Shown here one piece after another: positions 62,984-64,000 of a stretch of 64,000 bases of DNA. The DNA is taken from contig CM126225.1 in the NCBI GenBank assembly GCA_052327205.1, positions 8,184,001 to 8,248,000 of the forward strand. Reading direction: 5' to 3'. The stretch is from Somniosus microcephalus. Taxonomy: Eukaryota. A program made the position numbers and the translations under genes. The notes below the pieces were generated by a model. The model ran no database searches. It saw only the letters and a list, made by a program, of their open reading frames with translations, and had not been told where the DNA came from. Each line of letters starts with the position of its first letter. The stretch's first letter is position 1.

Positions 62984-64000
62984 TAAGAACATAAGAACAT
63001 AAGAAATAGGAGCAGGAGTAGGCCAATCGGCCCCTCGAGCCTGCTCCACCATTCAATAAGATCATGGCTGATCTGATCCTAACCTCAAATCTTCTATCAC
63101 TCTGCATCCACCCGAACCCATGTGATCTCCCGGGAGAGGCGAAAAACCAGATAAAGACCCAATGGCCAATTTGGGAGAAAAAAATCTGGGAAATTCCTCT
63201 CCGACCCATCTAGGCGATCGAAATTCTTCCAGGAGATCACTCTGTCCCTATATTTTCTACAGTACTTACCTTCTGTAAAGGCGATCTCCACCCCAGCCAG
63301 GAACAGGAATAAAACCATCTCCTGAAATCTAACAGAATTAGAACACAGTAGGAGCAGAACAAGGCTACACGGCCCCTGGGCCCGCTCCACTACCCACAGG
63401 GCCATGACCATTCCGAACCCAGACTCATGTCCAATTTCCTGCCCGCTCCCCGTAACCCTTTATTCCCTTTACTTCTAGGAAACTATCTATTTCTGTTTTA
63501 AATTTATTTAATGATGTAGCTTCCACAGCTTTCTGGGGCAGCAAATTCCACAAACCTACCACCCTCTGAGTGAAGAAGTTTCTCCTCATCTCAGTTTTGA
63601 ATGAGCAGCCCCTTATTTTAAGATTATGCCCCCTAGTTCTAGTTTCACCCATCATTGGGAACATCCTCACCGCATCCACCCGATCAAGCCCCTTCACAAT
63701 CTTATATGTTTCAATAAGATCGCCTCTCATTCTTCTGAACTCCAATGAGTAGAGTCCCAATCTACTCAACCTCTCCTCATATGACCACCCCCTCATCCCC
63801 GGGATTAACCGAGTGAACCTTCTTTGTACTGACTCGAGAGCAAGTATGTCTTTTCTTAAGTATGGACACCAAAACTGTATGCAGTATTCCAGGTGCGGCC
63901 TCACCAATACCTTGTACAACTGCAGCAATACCTCCCTGTTTTTATATTCCAACCCCCTAGCAATAAAAGCCAACATTCCATTGGCCTTCTTAATCACTTG
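62984..64000 (-). mobile_element. Young CR1-type LINE 3' part with extended 3' UTR
   Basis: Open 190-aa ORF2 C-terminus (63425-63997); (TTCTTATG)n tail at 62984-63004. Confidence 0.93.

Noticed and set aside
63261-63300. TACTTACCT resembling the U1 snRNA 5' end
   Set aside because: No downstream U1 sequence; lies in a CR1 3' UTR.

Overview
Vertebrate genomic DNA, most likely a cartilaginous fish (inferred by eye from the repeat content: CR1/L2 LINEs, DeuSINE-type SINEs, Penelope remnants). The ORF track is mostly spurious or repeat-derived. The one clearly intact gene segment is coding exon 1 of NPEPPS (puromycin-sensitive aminopeptidase; minus strand, 59859-60164) in a CpG island. I found no NPEPPS exon 2, so positions 1-59858 are probably all intron 1. 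Antisense within that intron I reconstruct about 17 plus-strand AG/GT-flanked exon remnants (about 2962-46285), several joining in phase. They translate into a large protein with at least two, probably three or more, tandem Mab-21/cGAS-like nucleotidyltransferase-fold modules. The gene is disabled by stop codons, frameshifts and a hAT and a CR1 insertion inside exons. The domain assignment is motif recognition by eye and needs HMM confirmation. Also present: a 2.6-kb hAT transposon with TIRs and TSD, several MITEs, a Gypsy integrase remnant, a minimal hammerhead ribozyme in a Penelope terminal repeat, and a long foldback beside NPEPPS exon 1. Repeat boundaries are approximate unless TIR/TSD evidence is given.
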